DNA of 64,000 nt from Octopus vulgaris (taxonomy: Eukaryota): positions 46,686,001-46,750,000 of the forward strand of contig OX597825.1 of the NCBI GenBank assembly GCA_951406725.2. The letters are read 5' to 3'. How positions within the stretch are numbered: position 1 is the stretch's first letter; every line of letters starts with the position of its first letter. The notes under the pieces are model-generated. The model did no database searches, was not told the origin of the DNA, and saw nothing but the letters and a program-made list of their open reading frames with translations. Position numbers and translations under genes: made by a program. Positions 13,244 through 24,843 of the stretch are shown in pieces.

Positions 13244-16200
13244 ATGGAAGAGTTACTGAAAGTAGTTGTCAAACAACAAGAGCAGCAACAGCAACAACTA
13301 CAGAAGTTAATAGAATTGTTACTGCAGTTGAGAAATACGACCGAATCATTTTCAGCAGACAGTGTTGCAAATTCCATCAAAGAATTTCACTACAAACTGA
13401 ATGAAGGAACTATCTGTACTGCATATTACAGACGATAAGAACATTTATTCTGAGAGAAATGCAAGGGATGGTCTAGTGAAAGGAAGGTAAAACTTCTTTT
13501 GCGAAAGCTTGCCTCTCCAGAACATGAAAGTTTTTGTAACTTTATTTTGCCGAGAAAACCCACGGAATTATGTTTTGATGAAACAATAACTATTTTGACT
13601 AATATTTTTAGTGAGAAAAGTTCACAGTTTAACATTTGGTGGGGATGTTTAAATTTAAAGAAAAACGAGTCCGACAATTTTGTAACATATGCCGGTAGGC
13701 TTGCGAAAGATTTAAGCTGGAAGAATTAATGCCAGATATGTTCAAGTGCCTAATATTCATTAAAGGGCTGGTGGCAATGGAAGATGTGGAAATTAGAAAA
13801 AAAATATTAACCTTGCAGAAAGTGGCTGAGGAATGCTGACAAATAATAAACTTTTGAGATGATACAAGAAAAATAGAAGACAATAATAAGAATGTACGAA
13901 TGTGTAAAGAAAGTATAGATAGAAGAAAACATATCAATTCAAAATGGTGGTATGGTTGCGGGGACCGACATTTGAGGAAAGATTGCCTCTTTAAAGATAA
14001 AACCTGTTTTAAGTGTGGTAAAATTGGGCATATACAGACGAAATGCTGGTCGAAGAAAGTTGTAAAACCAAAGAAATTCTGCTCAACAAAAATAAATTAT
14101 ACCATACAAAATCGAAAATTTGTGTTGGTAGAAATAAATGATTTTCAGACCAAAATGAAATTAGATACCGGCTCAGACGTATCGATAATAAATACAGCAA
14201 CATGGAATAAGATAGGCAGGCCGGTGTATAAAAAAACTACTAGGATAACTCACGGTGTGTCAGGGGAACAGGTTCAATTCTTGGGCAAAATTTCACCAGA
14301 AATAAAACTTAAAAACATGATGCGGAAAAGTAAACTAACGGTATCTATGACTACAATGAATCTGTTTGGGACAGATTTGATGGAAGAATTCGACCTGTGG
14401 GATTTACCACTGAATACACTATGCAATAAGGTGAATGTGTCACAGTCTGTGTCAGAGAAAGCATCGAAAAAATTGAAATTAAAATTGAAAAAGATGTACC
14501 CTATGTTTTCGAAAGAACTCGGTATGTGTAAAAAAATCAAAGTAAAGTTTGAGTTGAAAGAAAATGCAGTGCCGGTGTTCAAACTGAAAAGGGATGTACC
14601 TTTTGTGGCATTAAATCAAGTTGAGAAGGAATTACAAAGACTGGAAGACATAGAGGTAATTGAAAAAGTAGATTACTTTGAGTGGACGGCTCCTACTGTA
14701 ATTATAAAAAAGAAGAACAACGAAATAAGAATATGTGCGGACTTCTCAACTGGTCTTAATGATTGTTTAAAAAATTACAATTATCCGCTTCCAAACCCAG
14801 AAGAAATATTTGCTAAGTGTAATGGTGGGAAAATTTCTTCCAAGCTGGATTTGTCAGAGGCCCACCTCCAATTACTGGTAGATGAAGAATGTGCTAAAGT
14901 ATTAACAATCAATACTCATAAAGGTCTCTACCATTTCAAAAGACTGCCATTTGGGGTTAAGGTTGCACTAGCAATATTTCAGCAAGTGATGGATACAATG
15001 CTAGCAGATTGTGAGTTTGCGGTCCCATACTTGGATGACAAAAGGGAATCAAAAGGGAATCAAGGGAACAAAATATTGAACATATAGAAGAGGTTTTCAA
15101 ACAGATAAGCGATTACGGGTTTAAAGTAAGTGAGGATAAATGTGAATTTTTCTTGACAAAAATAAAGTACTTAGGACAGTTTATCGATGAAAACGGTTGA
15201 AAACCGCACCCTTCTAGGGTTCACACGATAAAAGAAATGCCTCCTCCCACTAACAAAACAACATTACAAGCATTTTTAGGTCTGATAAATTATTACCACT
15301 TATTACCTAAAATGTATGAGCTAAGAGCTCCGTTGAACAAGTTGTTAAAGAAGGACTCGAAATGGGACTGGACAAACGAATGTCAGAAAGCATTCGAGGA
15401 ATTAAAAAAGCGGTTAACATCAGTTATCATAAACTCATTTCGACCCAAACCTGAAAATAATTGTGGCATTGGATGCCAGTGAATATGGTATAAGAGCTAT
15501 GATATCGCATACATTTAATGATGGTAAAATCAAAGCTATTGCACATGCATATATGGTATGATTTGTTCGAGGTCCCAGAACCAAAAGCAGAATCAGAACC
15601 GACATGTAGGTCAAACAGGAAGAGAAAACCTACAGAAATGACGGAAATTAATGCTAAGAGAAAAAGATATGCCCCAGTTTCTCACCAAGGAAATAAAAGA
15701 GTTCTATTACCAGCGGAAAGAAACTACAGCCAGATTGAAAAAGAGGCGTTATCATTAATCTTCGCAGTAAAAAATTCCATAAATTCTTACATGGGAGGAA
15801 GTTTACACTGCAAACGGATCACCGACCATTACTGTCTATTTTCAGTTTGAAAAAGGGTATCCCACATGCTCAGCAAACTGCTTACAGTGCTGGTGGACTG
15901 CCCTGTTGAACTTCGATTTTCAGATGGAGTTTTTGCCATCATTAAAAATGGGACACGCAGACGGGTTGTCGAGGCTAATTCCAAAATATGAGGAACTTTT
16001 TGAACACATGATGATTGCATCGTTAAAACTTGAAATAGAACTGAAGAACATTTTGTGCAATGTAGTACATGATTTGCCGGTAACGCTGGAACTAATTAAA
16101 TTGGAATCAGGAAAAGATAGGTTCATAAACAAGATTGAAAAAATGTTGAGTAACACGAAAAATATAAATGAGCGGGACGCAGGTTCAAAGCACTACTCAG

Positions 16201-17260
16201 TATGTGATGAGGTATTATTATATGCACAATGAGTGGTAATACCTGAAGTGCTGCAATACAGAGTATTAAAAGTAGGGCATCCAGGGATTGTCCGGATGAA
16301 GAGCCTCATGAAGAGTTACATTTATTGGCTGAATATGGACAAGCAAATTGAGAGACTGGTAAAACAGTGTAGGGGATGCGCTATGGCAGCAAAGCCACCC
16401 CCACCCCCGTGCAGATTCATCCGTGGCCAAAAATGGATTCGGCATGGTCTAGACTGCATGTGGATTTCGCAGGACCAATAAATGACTCTCATTATATCAT
16501 TGTGGTGGATAGCTATTCCAAATGGCCAACCACAATTGACTTCTTGGAAGAATTATTCACTCGTTATGGGGTGCCAGATACGATTGTCAGATAATGGTAC
16601 ACAATTCATGGAGAAGGAGTTCGAAAGATTCTGTAAGTCGGTTCAAATGAACCATGTATTAACTCTGTCATCCCATCCAAGGTCAAATGCGTTAGCGGAA
16701 AGATTCGTCAACACATTCAAGAGAGATTTAAGAAAGACCAGATGGGAAACACTTGAAGATACAAAAATGACGAAGTTTTTGCAGGTGTATAGAATAACAC
16801 TGAATCCAAATGTAGAATAGAGTAGGTCACCTGCAGATTTGATGTTTTCTAGAAAAATTTGTTCTACTTTTGATAAATTGTTGCCGAGTAGGAAACAGAA
16901 AATAGAAAATTCGGGAAGAAAAACGAAATCTTTTAACACGGACGATGAAGTGTATTTTGAAATATATAGAAACGGAAAACAGGACTGGGAACAAGGGACT
17001 GTAACTGTACGTCTGGGTAACGTGATGTACATAGTAAAAGGATCAAAATATGATCCCAGAAGGCATATAAACCAATTAAAAAGCAGATATACCAAAACTC
17101 AAGAGAGGCGAGAGGAACCAATGGATATATGGTATGATTTGTTCGAGGTCCCAAAACCACAAGCAGAAGCAGAACTGACACGTAGGTCCAACCTACAAAA
17201 ATGATGGAAATTAACACTAAGAGAAAAAGATATGCCCCAGTTTCTCACCAAGGAAATAAA
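13244..17260 (+). pseudogene. Gypsy gag-pol (gag CCHC, protease, RT, RNase H, integrase), disrupted
   Basis: CFKCGKIGHIQTKC; LDTGSD protease; RICADFS, RLPFG, YLDD RT; NYSQIEKEAL RNase H; GHPGIVRMK, HVDFAGP, SDNGTQF integrase. Order PR-RT-RH-IN, with multiple stops and frameshifts. Confidence 0.9.
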
Positions 17261-17345
17261 TTTGGGTTTAGAAAAAAAAAAAACTCTCAAAAGGGGGAAG
17301 TGTTGTGTGGATACCCCCAGACGATAAGTAGGCTAGTCCAATACA

Positions 17346-17354
17346 TATATATAG
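17346..17354 (+). promoter_or_regulatory. Putative TATA box of the Gypsy LTR
   Basis: tatatatag 45 bp into the LTR. The other Gypsy LTR in the window has tataaatag at a similar position. Confidence 0.45.
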
Positions 17355-17380
17355 TGGATGTGATAGCTAGACAGGCGTAG

Positions 17381-19057
17381 CATAGAACCACCTTTCGTTG
17401 TATCTTGATTTCGCTCACATGTGAGTTGTTGCTTTGTTAATTTGAATTGTGGAATTGTTGAATTGTTGAAATTGTGATTGTTGAATTTGTAATTTTTTGA
17501 ATTCGTTGAAGATTTTATTTGGCTTCCCCATTTATGGGGGAAGCAGTAAATAATGAAACTATGAACACGCAGACCCAGACAGGCAGTTATGCTGCGGTGA
17601 CACGCAAAAGCCTGACCGCGAAGCTACTGCAAATACGGGAACTGGAAGTGAAAGATATTGATTACAAAAGGTTTGATAACCTGTTGAAGAAGGAAGGAGA
17701 ATGTTTGAGACTGACACCCCACAAAGAAATAACAGAGAAGTCGGAAAGGAAAATAATCACTAACTGAACGCTGAACATAAATACAAGAAAAGTAGAAATA
17801 GCAGGTGTTGAAGAAATAGAGGAGTGTTTGAAAGAAGTTAAGGAAGTGACGACTTTCTATAACAGAAGATGAAAATTTGGCACGGTGGAGGTATGCTTCG
17901 TTAATGAGAACAAAGCAAAGAAGTACTCCACCGTAGCTTTAAAATCAGTACAGTGGACACTCTTGCCTACTTACTGTGGCAGACACGCAGCCAGAGTGAG
18001 GATAGGGAGAGTGTTACCCGAAATTAACGGAGACTGGCTTGTGACAGCCATCCTCTACAATACAGAGGAGAAAGTAGAGATACTGAAAATATTCAAGACA
18101 GTGGAGGTCAACTGGTGGGGGTATGGCCTAGAAGTGATGGTACTTATCAGCCTGCCTGACCTCCACAAAATGATAGATGAGATAGTGCTACCTGATGAGA
18201 CCAGGCTGAGAGTCATAGTGGAGGGTAGCCCACCATTTTGCTTCCAATGTGGAGTAAGGGGGCACATGAAGGCAAAGTGTCCCCAGAAACATGAACGGTG
18301 GAGGAGGGGCATCAAATGGAAGTGAATGTAATATCGGAGAGGGAAATAAAGTTTACAGTGGTGCAGAAGGAAGGAAATAGTGAATCTCCACCGAAAAAGA
18401 AAAGGAAGGTGGAGGAAAGGAAAAAAGAAAAAAAAGAAGAAATGAAGAAGCAATGGAGGATTGAACTCAAGAGCCGGAACCTTCAATGAGTGGAGGGGAG
18501 GAAGGACAGAAGAGACAAGAAAACGAACAACAAACAGAAATGGAGACACCAGTTACTGGTGTAGAGAGTGAAGAAATACAGCCGAGAAAGCCACACAAAG
18601 AAAAACATGAACGATTATCAGCAGTGTATGAGAAAAGTGTGGAAATGGAAAAGCGTATAGCAAAAATGAAAGATATAATAAGAGTGAAATTAGTAGATAA
18701 TGAAGAGAACCATATTATGAAAGTAGTGCTACTTGAGAACGAAAGAGCGGCAAGACTAAAAGAGACATTTGGAAGTAGAGCGGAAATTACAAGAAAGCGG
18801 TTTCAATATGATGAATTGCCACAGTGGTAATGTATACAGACTTAATACCTTATGCAATATAAACATGATGCATACTGGACAAAATCATTGATTATAAAAA
18901 CAGTAAAATGGGATTTTCTACTTTGTGGGGTAGAAAGTCATTTCATTATTATAATTTCACCCTTCATAATTCATTCGTTAATCATTTTATGTACTCTACA
19001 TTTGTCTTTGTAATGTCCATTCTATAAAAAAGGCTATATGCCTATAATAAAGAGAAA
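17381..19057 (+). mobile_element. ORF1-only non-LTR element, copy B (apparently full length, disrupted)
   Basis: 5'UTR, then a reading frame from about 17519 (SYAAVT...FGTVEVCF...LLPTYCGR..RVRIG...VEGSPPFCFQCGVRGHMKAKCP) to about 18860, 3'UTR and aataaagagaaa end. About 1.7 kb, no RT. Confidence 0.75.
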
Positions 19058-20644
19058 GCATAGAGCAATTCAATTGTATAATGGAGAACTTGAATACCTT
19101 GAGCCAGAGCTATGCAGCGGTGGCCCTCGTTAACAGTGATGGACGTAAAGGTAGAAACAGACAGAATTAAAGAATGTGGAAAATTGTCAACGAATCAAGG
19201 AACAGCACTCTCTTTGGTACTGCCAAAGGAATTTTTGTAAAGTTTACAAAAAAGAACGGTCCTGTATAAGACTTTAAGATTATCCACAAGAAAAATTGAA
19301 ACCACAACGACTGATGTAGAAAAAGCACTCAAAGATATTAAATACCTGACGACTTTTGTAACAAGAAGTCAGAAGCTCGGAGTGGTAGAAGTCCTGTTCG
19401 CATCTGAGGAAGTAGCAGCAGAGCGTGCAGTAGACGCGATTAGGAATGACGAGTGGGCTTTCCTACCGAGTTACTGTGGGAAAAGAATGGCGAGAGTAAA
19501 GGTGGGTAAAATCTCACCCGAATACGACGAGACGTGGATTATGGCGGCAGTCTTGTTCCATGTGAAACAGAGTCTGAAAATATTAAAGGCAACAAGAACT
19601 CCAAAGTTGAACTTATGGGCTAGAAATGAAAATTCAAGCCACCCTGGAAGACCTGAATTCCATAATTGAAGAAATAGTACTGCCCGAAGGAAACAAGCTG
19701 AATGTGGTGGTAGAGGGCAAGCCTTTGTAATGTGTTTTGTGTAGCAAAAGAGGACACAAAAAAAGCGGACTGCCCTCAAAACAAGGAAAAAGAGAGGGAG
19801 GAGAGTTCGACGCAGAGAGAGGCAAACGTGGTGGAATGTGTAGAAGGAACTGAAACAGTGGATACAAAAGAGGAATTAGTGGAGGTGAAACCACGGAAAA
19901 GAAAATGTAGAAGGGGTTCTCCACCAGAGAAGCTCAAAAAGAAAAAAGAGGCGATGGGAAGTAACGGAGAAAAAATGGTGACAAGAAAAACAGAAGAGGA
20001 AAGTTTGAAAATTTCTCCTCCGGAGGTGAGATTGAAGAGAGGTGAAGTAAAAAGGAATGAAAGAGGAGGTGAAAATCAGATGAAGAAGAGATGGTATTAT
20101 GTAGAGTACCATAAGAATATACATACGGAAACAGAGATCCTGAAAATGAAGTCAGTAATATGGGTTAAATTACCTAAGGATGGTACTAAAGCAATAATAA
20201 TAGAACTGAATTGCTATGAAGAGTTGAAAAACAGGTGCGACATGGGAACGGTACAGTTTGAAGTTGAGTTTGAAAAGGTGGAACCAGTAATCGACCGGAG
20301 TGATGTGATACCGCTAATAAAGGGCTGTCCTTCAGATAGCCCTCTGTCAATGGATAGCGAGTAATAAGACTGTTTTTATTGGAAAGACAATGCATCAGGA
20401 ATCCGATGTGGACCGCGGGATAATACATGGATTGGTGACTTGCAATGGTATGTTACATGTTAGTTAATTGTTATTTAAATATCCGATAATAATTGATTGT
20501 AAACAAGATTAATGGTACTGTATGTGATGAGGGGCATATGCAACCATTCATAATTTCATTATTATATAATCATTTCATTCATATGCGTTCTATGTATTGT
20601 CCCTTCTGTGGTGTCCTGTCTGTCCTTGTTTGTCCCCCTCTATG
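19058..20644 (+). mobile_element. ORF1-only non-LTR element, copy C (divergent subfamily)
   Basis: ATG 19081 MENLNTLSQSYAAVA; LGVVEVLF..FLPSYCGKRMARVKVG; CVLCSKRGHKKADCP; ORF ends 20364; tail gtctgtccttgtttgtccccctctatgtt. Confidence 0.7.
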
Positions 20645-20759
20645 TTCAGTTCTGTTGAGTTGAGTCATTGGAAATCTGAGTTCAGTAGTTGAGTAGAGGT
20701 ACATCATTGACAAAGGTACGCCTTTTGAACGTGCTATATAACAATACACACACACACAT

Positions 20760-21145
20760 ATCTCTTTTACTCTTTTACTTGTTTCAGTCATTTGACTGCA
20801 GCCATGCTGGAGCACCACCTTTAGTCGAGCAAATCGACCCCGGGACTTATTGTTTGTAAGCCCAGTACTTATTCTATCGGTCTTTTTTGCCGAACCGCTA
20901 AGTGACAGGGACGTAAACACACCAGCATCGGTTGTCAAGCAATGCTAGGGGGACAAACACAGACACACAAACACACACACATACACACATATATATATAC
21001 ATATATATGACAGGCTTCTTTCAGTTTCCGTCTACCAAATCCACTCACAAGGCATTGGTCGGCCCGGGGCTATAGCAGAAGACACTTGCCCAAGATGCCA
21101 CGCAGTGGGACTGAACCCGGAACCATGTGGTTGGTTAGTAAGCTA
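20760..21145 (-). mobile_element. tRNA-derived SINE of a second family, with an internal CA/TA microsatellite
   Basis: Minus strand ggttccgggttcagtcccactgcgtggcatcttgggcaagtgtc...; a second copy lies at 46818-47212. Confidence 0.8.
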
Positions 21146-21164
21146 AAGAATGCCAACATCTCCA

Positions 21165-21615
21165 TAAAGAAGTAGCGATTTCTCAAAGTAGATGACACAT
21201 GAAAGTGGGAGACCCAGGAAGACATGAAATGAAGTACCTGAAGAATGACCTCAGGATGCTGAACCTTTCAGGTGAGATAACAAAGGACTGAAATGCCTGG
21301 AGCCTTGCTGTACTCAAGAAGACCCGTATTCTACAGCAGCAGTATGAAGACCAGTTCCTTTGGTAGTGAAAATCACTCATGGCAGTGTCACGTTAAAGCA
21401 CCTGTGCAGCACCATACAAAACCACCCGTGTGATGCCACATAATAGCACCCAGCACACTCTGTAAAGTGGATGGCATTTGGAAGGGCATCCAGCCATAGA
21501 AACCACTCCAAATCAGACTGGAGCCATAGAAGCCCTGCCAAATCAGACTGGAGTCTGGTGCAACTCCCCAGCTTGCTAACATGGAACTACGGACATCGAA
21601 TGATTGATGATGATG
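21165..21615 (+). mobile_element. RTE-LINE 3' end, decayed
   Basis: Similar to the end of the RTE ORF and 3'UTR (ggaagggcatccagccatagaaacc), with a (GAT)n tail. Confidence 0.65.
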
Positions 21616-21664
21616 AAGAAAAAGAAATAATGCGATTTCCTGCTTAGATTGACCAGTCAGATTC

Positions 21665-24170
21665 ATCATTGTCATCATCATGGAGCTGGTTAGCAGGGAG
21701 TTGTCAAGACTTCAACTGTCTGTTGTGGCATGGTTCCTACAGTTGGATGCCCTTCCTAATGCCAGCCATTTAACAGAGAGTGCTAAATGCTTTTTACATG
21801 CCACTGGCGTGGGTGCGTTTATGCAGCACCAGCACAAGTGCTATTTAAGTGGCACTGGTACCCGACAGAATTTTACTTAGCTTGATGCATCTTATCAAGT
21901 ACAGTAAATCACCACAATTCCTGATCCCTTATCTTGTCCTCAGTGAGGCCCAGTATCCAAAGATCCTTTCTTACCACTTAGTTCCACATCTTCCTTGGTC
22001 TACCCCTTCTATTAGTACCCTCCACAATTAGAGCATGGCACTTCTTTACGCAGCTGTCCTCACCCATATGCATCACATGACCAAACCAGCACAGCCTACT
22101 TTCTTGCATACAACGTCTGCTGCCTCTTATACCCAGTTTTCCTCTCAAATCATTTATACTCTGTCATTTATATATGCACACTGACATTATCTATCCAGTG
22201 GAACATGCTAGCTTTATTTCTTTCAAGCTTTTGCAAGTCCACTGTAGTCAAAGCCTATGTTTCACTGTCATGTAATATAGTTGCATGTACTCTGAGGGAG
22301 TTACCAGCAAATGTAGAAGCTCTCTGAACTTTGCCCAGCCTGTTCTTATCCTAGCAACCACACTTTCAGAACTTCTTCCACCTCTGCTAACTTAGTCTCC
22401 TAGGTAACAGAAGCTATCTACTACTTCTTATGATCCCCCCAAGCATGTAAGGGAGCCTATTGTCTGCACATTTTTAATGCACATTTACCACACACAAAGA
22501 CTATATTCTTCATCAACCTTCTTGTGATACCTCTACATCGCTTATATGTTCAAATCTTGCACTGGGTACAACATATGGAGCTTCTACCAACACCGTCTTA
22601 TATCTCCCAGAAGGGACTTGTGGTTTGTCTGCTCTCCTCCTTACTAGGATTTTGGTCTTGTTTCCACATCTGAAATTTCTTTTCTAGGTCAGGTAGTGAT
22701 TCAGCTATAAGAAACTGGTCATCAATGTAGAGGAGCTCTCAGGGACAGTTGGTCTTGAATTCCTCTGTTAAGGCTCGGAGGGCTAAGATAAACATGAGAG
22801 GACTGAGAACTGAGCCTTGTACATTGTACACTGATTTCATTGTTACACTCCTACCTGTATATTCTTTTGCTATATTCATTGCTATACTCATTGCCAACAT
22901 TCACCTTACTGGCAGCATCCATGTACATAGCTTGTACTGCTCTCACTAACCATTTATCTATCCCTAACTTCTGCATTGACCACCAGATAAGGGAGCATTG
23001 AACCCTGTCAAAGGCTTTCTCCATGTCAACAACAGCTAAGTACAGAAGTTTATTTTTGGCTTGTAGAACGACTGTGCAAAGGATAGGTGATGTGAATGGC
23101 TCCTTTAGTACACCGCACGATCGTTTACAATAAAATACGAAAAGTGATAAATGAGTCCAAGTGCCAGAAGGAAAAGAGAGACACAACCGGTAGAATGTTA
23201 AGAGAAGATTTTATTGATAGGTTAATATGTGTGTCTGTGTGTGTGTGTCATATATGCATAATAATAACAATAATAGACATGTCGTCATGTATACATAATG
23301 TGTATGTGTGTACATTAAATACAGAGTATTGAAAGAGTCTATAATAGGACGCTAGAAGAATGTTCAGACACAAGGATGATAAATACCAGTTCGTAGCAAA
23401 GGTACACAATAGCTGAATTGCTGTAACAAGAACTTATGGCAAAGAAGCAGAGCCGGTTGAGGCACATGTCGTGCAGGAAGCTGTGGTTACTATGCTGCAG
23501 CTGGTCACTTGATACAGGAAGTTCTCACAGGTTGTATTTGCTGTTAACCATGGTGAAGTGATTCACGAAGTGTTGAAATGAACCTGAGCAAATGTTGCTG
23601 GTCACTGTGTATGTAGAGAGATATTGTTGATGACGTTAAGATGAAGGTGACGGAGATGGAGATTGCTGTATGCTGTTGGACGAATGTTGAGTCTCCAATG
23701 TGGCTGCTGGTGTTGTCACTGGAACTGGCTGTATGCTCTGTGGTCAGTGGTTAGACCTTAGAAGGTCTAGAACCGAAAGACGAAATATGGTGTTGAAACT
23801 AGCATTTTATACCATGCTATTGGTTTACCAGATTGTTTGGAAGAGACTGTCTTGTCAGAAGGCTGTGATTGGTTGGGTAGCACATTGGTGCATAATAGAT
23901 TGCACCAATACCAACCAATCAGAGTAGTGGACACAACAGGGTTCAAAGGAGTGGCCGAAGGCTAGCTGTTATCTACTACATCCGTATTCATGTATACATA
24001 ACAGAGAGAGAGAATCCGCTACAGGCTAATTACTTCTCCTGCAGTTGCCTAACCAGGCATATAGCATCAATTGTGCTCCTACCCACTACAAATCTGGACT
24101 GCATCTCATCAACACTAACTCTCTTCCTAAATAATTGAGCTATGACCCTTTCTACTGTTTTTTCCTTTTA
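21665..24170 (-). mobile_element. Decayed RTE LINE split by a solo LTR
   Basis: LYLAVVDMEKAFDRV..LIWWSMQKLGIDKWLVRAV is homologous to the RTE ORF at 44314-46380; the sequence resumes at 24024. Confidence 0.8.
23062..24023. mobile_element. Solo LTR (962 bp), probably Gypsy
   Basis: TGTAG...CTACA termini; 4-bp TSD ggct (23058-23061 and 24024-24027); it cleanly interrupts RTE coding sequence. Confidence 0.8.
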
Positions 24171-24599
24171 TGTCAAGCCTTAAATAAATCCTTAGAAAAT
24201 ATCTTCTTAAGAATATGAGCTGTTCCAAGGAAGGTCGATTTTTGAGTAGATACGTCTGTTTTGACATCTAACCATTTCAGGTGTATGATAGGTTTTTATT
24301 AATTGAATCGAATGCTCTGACAGTTATAGATATTACTTTCACTTTTGTTGTTGGAAATTCTCACATTCCTGATATGTCTATTCTTAATTTAATATCTGCT
24401 TATGTTTTTGTCTGGAGGAAGTGCAACAGTTTTTTGATGGCATGCATAATGGTATCTGTTCAATAGTGTTCAGTTATAGAAATTTGGGTTTATTATAGAA
24501 TTTTTGTGTACCAAGTTTATTTAGAGCTTTTTCTGGTGCACTCTTGATCACTTGTTGGAACTGCTGCATTCATATTTTCTTATGAAGTAACTGTTATCT

Positions 24600-24830
24600 G
24601 TTTCTTTATTACCCACAGGGGGCTAAACATAGAGGGGACAAACAAGGACAGACAAATGGATTAAGTTGATTACATCAACCCCAGTGTGTAACTGGTACTT
24701 AATTTATCGACCCCGAAAGGATGAAAGGCAAAGTCGACCTCGGCGGAATTTGAACTCAGAACGTAACGGCAGACGAAATACAGCTACGCATTTTGCTCGG
24801 CGTGCTAACGGTTCTGCCAGTTCGCTGCCT
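24600..24830 (-). mobile_element. Full-length tRNA-derived SINE with a 19-bp TSD
   Basis: Head ggcagcgaactggcagaacc, B box gagttcaaattcc, central gcctttcatcctttcggggtcgataaattaagtaccag. TSD tatgaagtaactgttatct at 24581-24599 and 24833-24851. Confidence 0.9.
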
Positions 24831-24843
24831 TATATGAAGTAAC

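Larger units (their letters stand above)
13066..20743 (+). mobile_element. Decayed Ty3/Gypsy LTR retrotransposon with interrupted LTRs
   Basis: 5' LTR remnant ends ...caatataaca at 13214; PBS tggcgacgagg 13216-13226; PPT aaaagggggaag 17289-17300. The 3' LTR starts tgttg at 17301 and ends ...tatataaca at 20743. 13124-13214 aligns with 20644-20743. Confidence 0.85.
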
